50,849 bases of DNA. Source: an uncultured Planctomycetia bacterium (GTDB lineage Bacteria > Omnitrophota > Gorgyraeia > Duberdicusellales > 4484-171). The stretch spans positions 17,317 through 68,165 of the forward strand of contig CAZWIR010000001.1 of assembly GCA_964634315.1 (NCBI GenBank). The letters are read 5' to 3'. This document shows positions 16,845 to 26,088 of the stretch, piece after piece. Position numbers and translations under genes: made by a program. The notes beneath the pieces were generated by a model. It had not been told where the DNA came from. It saw only the letters and a list, made by a program, of their open reading frames with translations, and did no database searches. How positions within the stretch are numbered: position 1 is the first letter of the stretch; every line of letters begins with the position of its first letter.

Positions 16845-18091
16845 GAATTGATGATTTTAAGAAGGTCTTTATTATTGGCTGGGGTAAGAGTGGAGTTTCC
16901 TTAGCTGGTTTACTTTTGGGTTTAGGCAAAGAGGTTAAGGTTAGTGAAGTAGCAGAGAGTGAGAAGTTTTCCTCTGCGCTAATTAACGATTTTACAAGTA
17001 AGGGGGTAGAGTTTGAATTTGGTGGGCATAGTCAGCAGTTTATTAAAGATGCTCAACTGTTAGTTTTAAGTCCTAGTGTAGATTTAAATTCATCTTCAAT
17101 AAAACAAATAGCTTTAGCCAATTGCATACCCTATGTTGGAGAGATAGAATTTTCTTCCTGGTTAACTAAAGCTAAGATTATAGCTATTACCGGCACTAAC
17201 GGCAAGACTACTACCTCCGAACTTACTTATCGGGTCTTAAACCAAACAAAAAAAAGAGTTTTCCTTGGTGGAAATATTGGTACACCTTTTTCTTCCTTTG
17301 TTCTCGATACTAAAGAGGGGGATATAGTTGTTTTAGAGATAAGTTCTTTTCAACTGGAAAGTTTAATTGAGTTTAAGCCTTACGTGGTTGCTTTTTTAAA
17401 TATTGAACCGGACCATCTTGATCGTTATCTGGACTTTAAGGGTTATTTCCAGGCCAAGTTAAATATATTTAAGAATCAAAATAGAAGAGATTGGACTGTT
17501 CTAAATAAAAATATTGATTTTCGTAGCCAAATTGAAAAAGTCATAAAATCTCAATTGGTTTATTTCTCACAGGAGCTTTCTAATGAGAATTTTTCCTGTG
17601 TTTATAGGATTGCTGCTATTTTTGGTTTAACCAAAATTGATTGCTTAAAGGTCTTTTCGGAATTTAAAGGCCTCCCCCATCGTTTGCAGCTAGTTCGCAA
17701 GCTGAATAAAGTAATCTTTATTAATGATTCTAAAGCTACAAATCCTTCTTCGACTATTTGGGCTTTGAAAAGTGTCAAGGCCCCGATAATCCTTCTTGCC
17801 GGTGGCAAAGACAAAGGATTAGATTATTCTTCAATTTTACCCTTTCTAAAGAAAGTAAAGAGAGTGAATCTTTTTGGAGAAGCCGCGACTAAGATAAGAG
17901 AGGCCTTAGGCTCAAGAGTAGAAACTAAAAGTTTCAGGTCATTGAAAGAGGCAGTGTTTTCTGCTTATGAAGGCTCAGAAGAGGAGGACACGATTCTACT
18001 TTCTCCGATGTGTTCAAGCTTTGATATGTTTTCAGATTATCAAGACAGAGGTAATAAGTTTATCGAGATTGTAAATAGTATTTTATCTTAA
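16841..18091 (+). CDS. murD: UDP-MurNAc-L-Ala:D-Glu ligase
   Basis: GWGKSGVS Rossmann-like N-terminus, ITGTNGKTTT and NDSKATN. Confidence 0.9.
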   Translation: MRIDDFKKVFIIGWGKSGVSLAGLLLGLGKEVKVSEVAESEKFSSALINDFTSKGVEFEFGGHSQQFIKDAQLLVLSPSVDLNSSSIKQIALANCIPYVGEIEFSSWLTKAKIIAITGTNGKTTTSELTYRVLNQTKKRVFLGGNIGTPFSSFVLDTKEGDIVVLEISSFQLESLIEFKPYVVAFLNIEPDHLDRYLDFKGYFQAKLNIFKNQNRRDWTVLNKNIDFRSQIEKVIKSQLVYFSQELSNENFSCVYRIAAIFGLTKIDCLKVFSEFKGLPHRLQLVRKLNKVIFINDSKATNPSSTIWALKSVKAPIILLAGGKDKGLDYSSILPFLKKVKRVNLFGEAATKIREALGSRVETKSFRSLKEAVFSAYEGSEEEDTILLSPMCSSFDMFSDYQDRGNKFIEIVNSILS

Positions 18092-18098
18092 TAGTATT

Positions 18099-19241
18099 AT
18101 GAACTTAGGGTTAGGGAAATTAGTGCCCGGTGATTTAAAGCGAGAGAGAAGATTCCTATTTATAACTTTCTTAGCTTTAACTCTTTTTGGTATTCTTATG
18201 ATTTATGAAGCATCTAGTCTCTATGCTTTTAAGGCTACAGCTGATGCTGCTTATTTTTTTAAAAAACAATCTTTCTTTTTTTTGATAGGCGTGTTCTTTT
18301 TTTCCCTAACTCTTCTGATAGATCTAGAGTTTCTAAAACGCCACAGTAAGGAACTCTTGATAATAACTCTTTTTTTCTTAATTATGGTTATTTTCTTTGG
18401 CAAGAGAGGTGGGGGAGCGAAAAGGTGGTTACAAATAGGCCCAGTTGGCTTTCAGCCTTCAGAACTGTTAAAAATTACTTTTTTGATTTATTGCGCTGAT
18501 TACTGTTGTCGGAAAAAGGGCCTAATACGAAATGTTCGATTAGGGCTTATCCCTTTAGGTCTTGTTTTGTTACTGATATGTTTTTTGCTGATTTTACAAC
18601 CGGATTTAGGCACAGCTATTTTCTGGGTTCTCTGGACTATTCTTTTTCTTTTTCTCTTTGGGGCCCGAGGAAAGCATTTATGGTTTGTAATTCTGGCTGG
18701 GACAATTGTAGCTTTTTTTCTTATAAAATTCTATCCTTATCGCTTAAATAGAATTGTAGCTTATCTTAATCCTTTTGCAGATCCTCGAGGATCAGGATTC
18801 CAGTTAATCCAATCTCAGATTGCTTATGGAGTCGGAGGTATTTGGGGGGTAGGTCTTGGTGAGGGCTTACAAAAATTATTTTTTCTTCCAGCAGCCCATA
18901 CTGATTTCATTTTTTCTATTATTGCTGAGGAATTTGGACTTTGGGGCTCATTAGGATTAATTTTTGTTTTTTTTGTAATATTCCGTAAAATGTTTGCAAT
19001 CGCTAAGTTTTCTCAAGATGATTTTCGCAAGAGAATTCTCTGGGGAATAGTTTTTATTTTTTTTCTCGAGATAGTAATAAATATTGGAGTCAGCTGCGGT
19101 CTCTTGCCTACCAAAGGGCTGCCGTTACCATTTATGAGTTATGGTGGGAGTAGTCTAGTTGTCCACTACATTCTCTTGGGTTTATTTTTCAATGCTTCTC
19201 GTCGAGAAGACAAGAGTCAGAAGTCTTTAGCAAAAACTTAA
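18099..19241 (+). CDS. ftsW: SEDS family peptidoglycan glycosyltransferase FtsW
   Basis: QPSELLKI, QPDLGTA, AHTDFIFS, LPLPFMSYGGSS. Ten-TM-like hydrophobicity. Lies in the dcw position. Confidence 0.9.
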   Translation: MNLGLGKLVPGDLKRERRFLFITFLALTLFGILMIYEASSLYAFKATADAAYFFKKQSFFFLIGVFFFSLTLLIDLEFLKRHSKELLIITLFFLIMVIFFGKRGGGAKRWLQIGPVGFQPSELLKITFLIYCADYCCRKKGLIRNVRLGLIPLGLVLLLICFLLILQPDLGTAIFWVLWTILFLFLFGARGKHLWFVILAGTIVAFFLIKFYPYRLNRIVAYLNPFADPRGSGFQLIQSQIAYGVGGIWGVGLGEGLQKLFFLPAAHTDFIFSIIAEEFGLWGSLGLIFVFFVIFRKMFAIAKFSQDDFRKRILWGIVFIFFLEIVINIGVSCGLLPTKGLPLPFMSYGGSSLVVHYILLGLFFNASRREDKSQKSLAKT

Positions 19242-19250
19242 GAAGCTAAT

Positions 19251-20267
19251 ATGAAAATACTTTTTGTATGTGAGAGGAGTGCCGGGCATATTTTTCCGGC
19301 CTTAAGTCTAGCGGCGAAAATGAGTGAAGAGAATACTGTTTATTTTTTTGCTACCTCAAGTTTTCTTAAAAAATATATTGAAAAAGAAGGTTTTAGCTGT
19401 ATTGGCAAAAGTCTACCCTTTAGAAATTTATTTATTGAAGGGTTTTGGCGTTTGTTTGAGGCTCTATACCTTATTTTAAAGATAAGGCCAAAAAAGGTTA
19501 TTGGCTTTGGCGGAAGGGATTCATTTTTCTTAGTTTTGTTTAGCTCTTTGTTCGGGGTAGAGACTGCTATTTATGAGCCCAATGTAAAATTTGGTAGGGC
19601 TAATCGAATTCTTGCACCCTTTGTTGGCAAGATATTACGTGGGTTTTGCGGAGATGTAAGTAAAAAGAGCAGAGTTATCGGGATTCCCTTGAGGAAAAAC
19701 ATAAAAAGACTTGATAAGGCTAAAGCCCGGAAAATATTAAATTTTAATGCTGACCCGGTTGTATTTTGTTTAGGCGGTAGTCAGGGATCAGCCTTTCTTA
19801 ATAATATATTTGTGGAATTTGTCCGAAAATTTAAGGGTAAGCTTCAAATAATCCATCTTACTGGTCGAGATAAGTATTTGGAGATTTTGCCTTCGTATAA
19901 TACAATGAAAGCTAGGAGTTTTGTTAAGGATTTCTACTATGAGGTAGAGGTTCTTTATAGCGCTGCCGATATAGTGGTCTCTAGAGCTGGAGCTAATACC
20001 TTAGGCGAGATATCATTTTATCAGTTGCCATCAATTCTTCTGCCTCACCCAGAAGCTAGCGGGCATCAGAGAGAGAATGCCTTATATCTGGAAGAAAGAA
20101 GTGCAGCTATAGTGCACTTGCAAGATAAATTTTCGGCTAAAGACTTTAACTCCTCACTTAGTAGGCTTATTCAGGATGAGAACTTAGGTCAGAATATAAG
20201 GAATAATTTAAGTAAAATAAGGTTAGGGATTAGTTATGAGGACTTTAATAGCAATACTTACTTTTAG
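19251..20267 (+). CDS. murG: Lipid II-forming UDP-GlcNAc transferase MurG (GT28)
   Basis: SAGHIFPAL (a diverged G-loop), GGSQGS and SRAGANTLGEI. Lies in the dcw position. Confidence 0.8.
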   Translation: MKILFVCERSAGHIFPALSLAAKMSEENTVYFFATSSFLKKYIEKEGFSCIGKSLPFRNLFIEGFWRLFEALYLILKIRPKKVIGFGGRDSFFLVLFSSLFGVETAIYEPNVKFGRANRILAPFVGKILRGFCGDVSKKSRVIGIPLRKNIKRLDKAKARKILNFNADPVVFCLGGSQGSAFLNNIFVEFVRKFKGKLQIIHLTGRDKYLEILPSYNTMKARSFVKDFYYEVEVLYSAADIVVSRAGANTLGEISFYQLPSILLPHPEASGHQRENALYLEERSAAIVHLQDKFSAKDFNSSLSRLIQDENLGQNIRNNLSKIRLGISYEDFNSNTYF

Positions 20268-21024
20268 TATTCTTGTTAGTGCTCCTACCTATGCAAAAGA
20301 AGAAGGTTTTCGGCAACTGCGTAGTGAACACTTTATAATTAACTATAAAGAAGGGGTTGATAACTCATATGTTAGAAAGATAAAAACCACAGCTGAGAAG
20401 TATTATCGAGTTATAACTCAACAATTTAACTTTTATCGTGATAAATTCTGGACATGGGAGAATCGGGCCAAAGTTTTTGTAGCTAATGATCGGGATGATT
20501 ACTTGGAAAGTTTTAATTGTTCTGCCTGGTCGGCTGCTTGTGTTAATTACCATGGGAAAACAATTTATACCTATCCTAATCAAGAAAAATTTATCCCGAT
20601 TTTTGTCCATGAACTAACTCATATAATTTTTCGTGAATACGTAGGTGAAGGAAAGCTTCCGCTTTGGCTTGATGAAGGAGTTGCTGTTTACATGGAGGAT
20701 AAGTACGGCCACACCTATAGAGAGGGAACCTTTTTTCTAAAGCAGAAGATAAAGGATAATACTTACTTAAAATTTTCTGAATTAAACCGCATAACGGTTA
20801 AGAGTTTAAGCAGTAAGAGCCAAGATGAGGTTAAGCTTTTTTATTTAGAATCTTTTTCGATAATTAACTTTATCATGAAAAAATACGGGAAGCATAAATT
20901 CTCTAATTTTCTTCGTATGCTTAGAAAAGGCTTAGGGGTAGAGAAGGCTCTAGCTAAGGTTTTTTACGATTTTAATGATTTAAATAAATTGGAGACGAAG
21001 TGGAAGGAATACTATCAAAAGTAA
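20236..21024 (+). CDS. Secreted gluzincin-type zinc peptidase (peptidase MA-like)
   Basis: Signal peptide MRTLIAILTFSILVSAPTYA|KE. HELTHIIF (HExxH) is followed by PLWLDEGVAVYME (third-ligand Glu). Confidence 0.65.
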   Translation: MRTLIAILTFSILVSAPTYAKEEGFRQLRSEHFIINYKEGVDNSYVRKIKTTAEKYYRVITQQFNFYRDKFWTWENRAKVFVANDRDDYLESFNCSAWSAACVNYHGKTIYTYPNQEKFIPIFVHELTHIIFREYVGEGKLPLWLDEGVAVYMEDKYGHTYREGTFFLKQKIKDNTYLKFSELNRITVKSLSSKSQDEVKLFYLESFSIINFIMKKYGKHKFSNFLRMLRKGLGVEKALAKVFYDFNDLNKLETKWKEYYQK

Positions 21025-22358
21025 GGAATATCTACTTAGTAGGTATTGGCGGAATAGGGATGAGCGGTTTAGCCCTTCTTCTTAAGGGAAGAGGTTTTGA
21101 GGTTAAAGGGTCTGACAGAGAAGAGTCAACAAATGTAAAGATGCTGAGAGCCCAAGGCATTGAGGTTTTTATTGGTCACAGAGAAGAGCAGATCAGTAAG
21201 GGTATTGATATTCTTGGGTATTCTTCGGCAATCGGAGAAGACAATCCGGAAATAATCCAGGCAAAAAGAAAAGGCATAAATATCTTTAAAAGAGCCAAAC
21301 TTTTGGCTGCACTTTCTCAAGGGAAAAAAACAATTGCAATCAGCGGAAGCCACGGCAAGACCACTACCACCTCTTTATTAGGGCATCTGCTTACTGCTTT
21401 GGGATATAAACCAGCAGTGTTTGTCGGTGGGCTACCGCTTAATTATTCCCAAGGGGCTTGGTGGGGGGATGATTATTTTGTTATTGAGGCTGATGAGAGT
21501 GACGGGAGTCACCTTGAGTTTGATCCTTGGGTTTCAATAATTACCAATATTGATTCTGAACACCTTGACTACTATAGGGGTATTGATAATTTAAGAAAAA
21601 GTTTTTTAAAGTTTGCCCAAAATACAAGAGATAAAGTTATAGGATGGGGTGATCAGCCTCTCTTAGCAGAGCTTATTTCTAAGGTAGGTGGTATAAGCTT
21701 TGGCTGGAGGGAAGAAAATCTATTAAGAGGAGTAAATTTTAAATTTGATCAAGGGTTTAGCTGTTTTGATTTATATATAGAAGGAGAGTTCAAAACTTCA
21801 ATTAAAACGCCACTTATTGGTAAATATAATTGTCTTAATACTTTAGCTGCTCTTGCTTTTTTCTATTATCTCGGTGAGGACCTAGAAAAGGTTAAGCAAG
21901 CTCTGCTAAGCTTTAAGGGGACAAGAAGACGTTTGGAAGTTAAGGGCAAGATTAAAGGGGTAACCTTTATTGATGATTACGCTCATCATCCTGCAGAAAT
22001 TGAAGCAGTTTTAAGTGCCGCAGAACTCTTGAACCCTAAGCGTTTGTTTGTGATCTTTCAGCCACATCGTTTTTCGCGAGTTAATTCATTAAAAGATGAA
22101 TTTGCAGGGTGTTTTTCAAGAGCTGACCATTTGGTTGTAAGTGATATTTATGCTGCTAGCGAAGAGAATATTTTTGGAGTCAGCAGTCAAGAACTAGCCC
22201 AGCAGATAGGGAAGAATTTATCGGGTAGGGTAGAATATGTACCTAAAGATAAGCTTACCGCTGTTATTCCAAGTCAGTTAAAGAAAGGTGATCTTGTTTT
22301 AGGCTTGGGGGCCGGAGACATAAATAAGATAATGGAGGAAATTCGTAAGTGTCTTTAG
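21000..22358 (+). CDS. murC: UDP-MurNAc:L-Ala ligase
   Basis: GIGGIGMSGLA, SGSHGKTTTTSL and DDYAHHPAEI. Confidence 0.9.
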   Translation: MEGILSKVRNIYLVGIGGIGMSGLALLLKGRGFEVKGSDREESTNVKMLRAQGIEVFIGHREEQISKGIDILGYSSAIGEDNPEIIQAKRKGINIFKRAKLLAALSQGKKTIAISGSHGKTTTTSLLGHLLTALGYKPAVFVGGLPLNYSQGAWWGDDYFVIEADESDGSHLEFDPWVSIITNIDSEHLDYYRGIDNLRKSFLKFAQNTRDKVIGWGDQPLLAELISKVGGISFGWREENLLRGVNFKFDQGFSCFDLYIEGEFKTSIKTPLIGKYNCLNTLAALAFFYYLGEDLEKVKQALLSFKGTRRRLEVKGKIKGVTFIDDYAHHPAEIEAVLSAAELLNPKRLFVIFQPHRFSRVNSLKDEFAGCFSRADHLVVSDIYAASEENIFGVSSQELAQQIGKNLSGRVEYVPKDKLTAVIPSQLKKGDLVLGLGAGDINKIMEEIRKCL

Positions 22359-23203
22359 GAGCAACAGAACCAGACAAGGATGTTAGTTTAAAAAACTATA
22401 CCTCAATAAGAATAGGGGGTAAAGCAAAGTATTTCTATACTGCCGAGAATGTTGAGGAATTAGATAAGATTATTTCTGATATCGGCCAGGATTTTTATCT
22501 TCTAGGCAAGGGTTCCAATCTTCTTATAGCTGATTCTGTGATTGAGAAACCAGTAGTGAAACTGGGTAAAAAATTTGCTTACCTGAGAAAAAAGGGAGAT
22601 TTATTGGAGGTTGGTGCTTCAACACCTCTTTCTTTTTTGATTAAATATTGTTTAGAGAATAATTTTTCCGGTTTAGAGAATCTCGTAGGCATCCCAGCTA
22701 CAGTCGGAGGGCTTCTGGCTATGAATGCTGCTTCTTTTGGCCGGAGTATTTCTTTATCTCTTAAGGAAGTTGATGTTATGAATAGTGAGGGAGGAATTAA
22801 GACTTTAAAAAAAGAGGAAATTGTTTTTGAATATAGGTTTTCTTCTTTGCAAAAGTATATAATTTTAGGGGCGCGATTTAAATTATCTCTAAAGAAGAAT
22901 TTAAGACGAAAGGTAAGTGAATTTTTAGAAAAAAGGCTCAGTACGCAAGATTTTGATTTTCCTAGTTGTGGGTGTGTTTTTAAAAATACTCCTGAGTTTA
23001 GTGCGAGCTTTCTTATTGATTCTTCTCAATTAAAAGGCCTAAAAAAGGGGGATGCTCAAATTTCTCCGCGTCATGCTAATTTTATCATCAATTGCGGTAG
23101 CGCTAAGTGCGAAGATGTTGATTATTTAATTCAGAAAATTAAGGACCAAATTTATAAAAAATATAGTATAATCTTACAGGAAGAAATTAAGCACTGGAAA
23201 TAG
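22349..23203 (+). CDS. murB: UDP-N-acetylenolpyruvoylglucosamine reductase
   Basis: NYTSIRIGGKAKYF, LGKGSNLL, SCGCVFKN and GDAQISPRHANFIIN. GTG start. Confidence 0.85.
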   Translation: MSLGATEPDKDVSLKNYTSIRIGGKAKYFYTAENVEELDKIISDIGQDFYLLGKGSNLLIADSVIEKPVVKLGKKFAYLRKKGDLLEVGASTPLSFLIKYCLENNFSGLENLVGIPATVGGLLAMNAASFGRSISLSLKEVDVMNSEGGIKTLKKEEIVFEYRFSSLQKYIILGARFKLSLKKNLRRKVSEFLEKRLSTQDFDFPSCGCVFKNTPEFSASFLIDSSQLKGLKKGDAQISPRHANFIINCGSAKCEDVDYLIQKIKDQIYKKYSIILQEEIKHWK

Positions 23204-23212
23204 AAGGTCAGT

Positions 23213-24151
23213 ATGAAAACAGGGAATTTTAGAATAGGAGTTTTAGGCGGAGGGATATCTTCTGAGCGAGATATTTCTCTTGCCTCGAGCCGAGGAGTCT
23301 ACAAAGCTCTAGTTAAGGGAGGCTTAAATGCAGTTTTTATCGATGTCTTTACTAATAAAAAGGAGAAGATTAAAGAGCTTCTTTGCAGTTCAAAGATTAA
23401 TCTAGCTTTTATTGCTCTTCATGGAGAGTTTGGTGAGGATGGTCAGATTCAGGAGATTCTTGAAGAATTAGATATTGGTTATACCGGTTCAAATCCGAAA
23501 GCAAGTGCTTTAGCTATGAATAAGGCTGATTCCAAGAAGATTTTTGAAGCTAAAGAAATTTCTACTCCTAATTTTGTTGTTTTATTAAAGGGAGAAGATA
23601 TCCCTAGGTATTTTAATTATCCTTTGGTAGTTAAGCCATATTCCTCCGGATCTAGTATCGGAGTTTCGATTGTCGATGACCAAAATAATCTCAAGAGTGC
23701 GCTTGATCTCGCCTTTTCTCATTCTAAGGGTGTAATTTTAGAGGATTACATTGAAGGTAGAGAACTAACAGTAGGGATTTTAGATGATGATCCATTAGCA
23801 GTGGTAGAAATTGTTCCTAAAAAAGGATACTTTAATTTTGACGCTAAGTATAGCCGCGGGGCAAGCAATTTTATCGCTCCGGCTCATTTAGATAGCGAGG
23901 TTGAAAAAGAAGTTAAGTCTGTAAGCTTGGCTGCTCATAGGGTTTTAGGCTGTCGACACTTTTCGCGTGTCGATATACGTTTGACTAGGGACAATCTTCC
24001 CTTTGTTTTAGAAGTTAATTCAATACCGGGATTAACTTCTCACAGTCTTCTTCCACTTTCAGCTAAAGTATGTGGAATAGATTTTAATCAGTTAATTTTT
24101 AAAATGGTGGAGTTAGCTTTATATGGGAAGAAAGAGAAGCAGAAGGTTTAA
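23213..24151 (+). CDS. ddl: D-alanine--D-alanine ligase
   Basis: GGISSERDISLAS, ALHGEFGEDGQIQ, VVKPYSSGSSIGVS and EVNSIPGLT (ATP-grasp). Confidence 0.9.
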   Translation: MKTGNFRIGVLGGGISSERDISLASSRGVYKALVKGGLNAVFIDVFTNKKEKIKELLCSSKINLAFIALHGEFGEDGQIQEILEELDIGYTGSNPKASALAMNKADSKKIFEAKEISTPNFVVLLKGEDIPRYFNYPLVVKPYSSGSSIGVSIVDDQNNLKSALDLAFSHSKGVILEDYIEGRELTVGILDDDPLAVVEIVPKKGYFNFDAKYSRGASNFIAPAHLDSEVEKEVKSVSLAAHRVLGCRHFSRVDIRLTRDNLPFVLEVNSIPGLTSHSLLPLSAKVCGIDFNQLIFKMVELALYGKKEKQKV

Positions 24152-24926
24152 GCAATTTAATTTCAAAATGAACTCTAAACTGGCCTGGTGGTTCAGTCTA
24201 ATTTTTTGCTGCCTGATTATTCTCATCGGCTTAGGGTACGCTATTTATACCGCCAGTGTGTTTAAAGTAAAAGAGACCGACATAAGATCAAATATGCCTT
24301 TGGGCAGAGGATTAAAGGAGAGAATAAAGGAAAAGTCCTTATTTAGTTTAGACATTAAGTCAATTTCTGCGAGCCTTTTAAAAGCTAATCCTGAGTATAA
24401 AGAAATTTATGTTTATAGAGAATTTCCATCTTCCGTAGTCGTAGAGGCTATCAAAAGGATAGCTTTTGCCCAAATAAAGGATAGAAGGTATTATCCAGTC
24501 GATCAAGAGGCAGTTATAATAAATGAAGGTAAACTTAAACCCTTAGCCGGCCTTATTCCCTTAGAGATTGGCGAACATAGGCGTAGCCTTAGAAAAGGCA
24601 GCAATGTTAAGAGTAAGGAGTTAAAGCTTGCCTTTAGCCTAATTGATGCTTTAAAAAGCGAAGGATTTCTTGAGTCTAAGAGTCAGGTGAAGCTAATAAA
24701 TTCCAGTCAACTAGAGGCTGTTTATTTTATTTTTGCTCAAAAAGATTTTCAGGGACAAAACAGGTCATTAGATGAGGGTATAAAAATAATTATTGGTAAG
24801 GGTGATTTCAAGAGAAAGGTTAAGCTTTTCAAGGAGCTTATTACTCAAGAGCTTAAAGGAAAAATGTCTTCAGTCAATTATATAGATTTAAGATTCAAAC
24901 GTGTGTATATGGATTTTAAGAGATGA
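24123..24926 (+). CDS. ftsQ: FtsQ-like cell division protein
   Basis: Basic N-tail, one TM (WWFSLIFCCLIILIGLGYAIY), then a POTRA-like and FtsQ-type periplasmic part. Lies between ddl and ftsA. An alternative start is ATG 24168. Confidence 0.65.
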   Translation: MGRKRSRRFKQFNFKMNSKLAWWFSLIFCCLIILIGLGYAIYTASVFKVKETDIRSNMPLGRGLKERIKEKSLFSLDIKSISASLLKANPEYKEIYVYREFPSSVVVEAIKRIAFAQIKDRRYYPVDQEAVIINEGKLKPLAGLIPLEIGEHRRSLRKGSNVKSKELKLAFSLIDALKSEGFLESKSQVKLINSSQLEAVYFIFAQKDFQGQNRSLDEGIKIIIGKGDFKRKVKLFKELITQELKGKMSSVNYIDLRFKRVYMDFKR

Positions 24927-26068
24927 GAGCAGTTTGTGCCATTTCTTTCGATAAGGATAAGACCTTTGTCTCCTTTGCGCGTCTAAAAGGAAGTCATCTT
25001 ACCTTTCTTAATGAGTCAGAAGTTCCGATTACTGGTTCTGATAGCGATATTGTTCCTCTCCTAAAGAATAATCTTGAAACTATAGACCAAAAGATAAGAG
25101 AGGCGGAGGTAAAATATTCTTGTCGTTGCGATAAGGTCTTTTTAGAGTTACCTTGGGCAGTAGCCAAAGAGAAAAAAGTTGAGGATAGCACCATCCTAAA
25201 GTCTCGAAAAAAAATTGTTTCTGGAGATATTTCTCGAGCCAAAAAGCAGCTTGAGGATAAGTTTCTTGGTTGGGATGATTTTTGTATCCATAATATTATT
25301 ATAAATTATGACCTTGAGGGAAATAGCTATGAAGAGCCGCCCTTAGGGATGCGGGCTAAGAAGATAAAGCTGCATTCAATGTTAGTTTGGATTAAAGATA
25401 AGATGCGTAAGGAGATTGAAGACCTCTTTGATAATGTTGATAGAAACCTCGGAGGCATTATCGCTCCTCAGTTAAGTAGATTTTCATCCACTTTTACTGG
25501 TAAAGATAAGACACAAGTTGTGGTAAGTGTTGATTACAACCAGAGTTATTTTGTAGCCAGGAGTAAAGACAACTTTTTTTTCGGTAAGGAATTTAATTTT
25601 TCTTTTTCTCGAGTCATTGAAGAGTTAGCAGGAAGATTTGTTCTTAAAACATCTTTGGCTGAAGACATATTCCAGCGCTATATTTCTTTTAAAGAGATAC
25701 CTTATTTTAAAGAAATAACTGTTAAAAGAGATTCTGGGTATATAAACTTAAGCACCCAAACCCTAAACTCATTCATTAAAGACTATATAAAGAGCGAAAT
25801 TTGCTGTCTTTTGCAGGAAATAAGAGAGGATATTTCTCAAGATGACTTTACTATTTCATTTATCGGCAGGCTAAACGCTAAAGAGGGTTTTTATGGTTCT
25901 TTGCAAGATTATGTTCCTTATCCCTTAAAAGTTCCGCTTCAAAGATTAACCGTGTCATCTTCCTATGGTTGTTTGCGCTATGGGGTGTTGCGTTTCCTCG
26001 AGCAAGATCATAAAACTAATCAACCAGTATTAAGGCGTATTCTAGATGTATATCGCGAGTATTTTTAA
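24923..26068 (+). CDS. ftsA: FtsA homologue with degenerate nucleotide-binding motifs
   Basis: It aligns collinearly, by eye, with E. coli FtsA, including the 1C-type insert and a C-terminal amphipathic helix (PVLRRILDVYREYF). The phosphate-1, phosphate-2 and adenosine motifs read AISFDKDKT, VSVDYNQSY and FIGRLNA instead of DIGT, DIGGGT and TGGAA. Confidence 0.65.
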   Translation: MRAVCAISFDKDKTFVSFARLKGSHLTFLNESEVPITGSDSDIVPLLKNNLETIDQKIREAEVKYSCRCDKVFLELPWAVAKEKKVEDSTILKSRKKIVSGDISRAKKQLEDKFLGWDDFCIHNIIINYDLEGNSYEEPPLGMRAKKIKLHSMLVWIKDKMRKEIEDLFDNVDRNLGGIIAPQLSRFSSTFTGKDKTQVVVSVDYNQSYFVARSKDNFFFGKEFNFSFSRVIEELAGRFVLKTSLAEDIFQRYISFKEIPYFKEITVKRDSGYINLSTQTLNSFIKDYIKSEICCLLQEIREDISQDDFTISFIGRLNAKEGFYGSLQDYVPYPLKVPLQRLTVSSSYGCLRYGVLRFLEQDHKTNQPVLRRILDVYREYF

Positions 26069-26088
26069 GAAGAAAATAAGTAGGTTTT

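Noticed and set aside
18506-18751. Plus-strand alternative-frame ORFs inside ftsW (18506-18751) and ftsI (12358-12540).
   Set aside because: They are fully embedded in well-supported genes in another frame, and nothing independent supports them.
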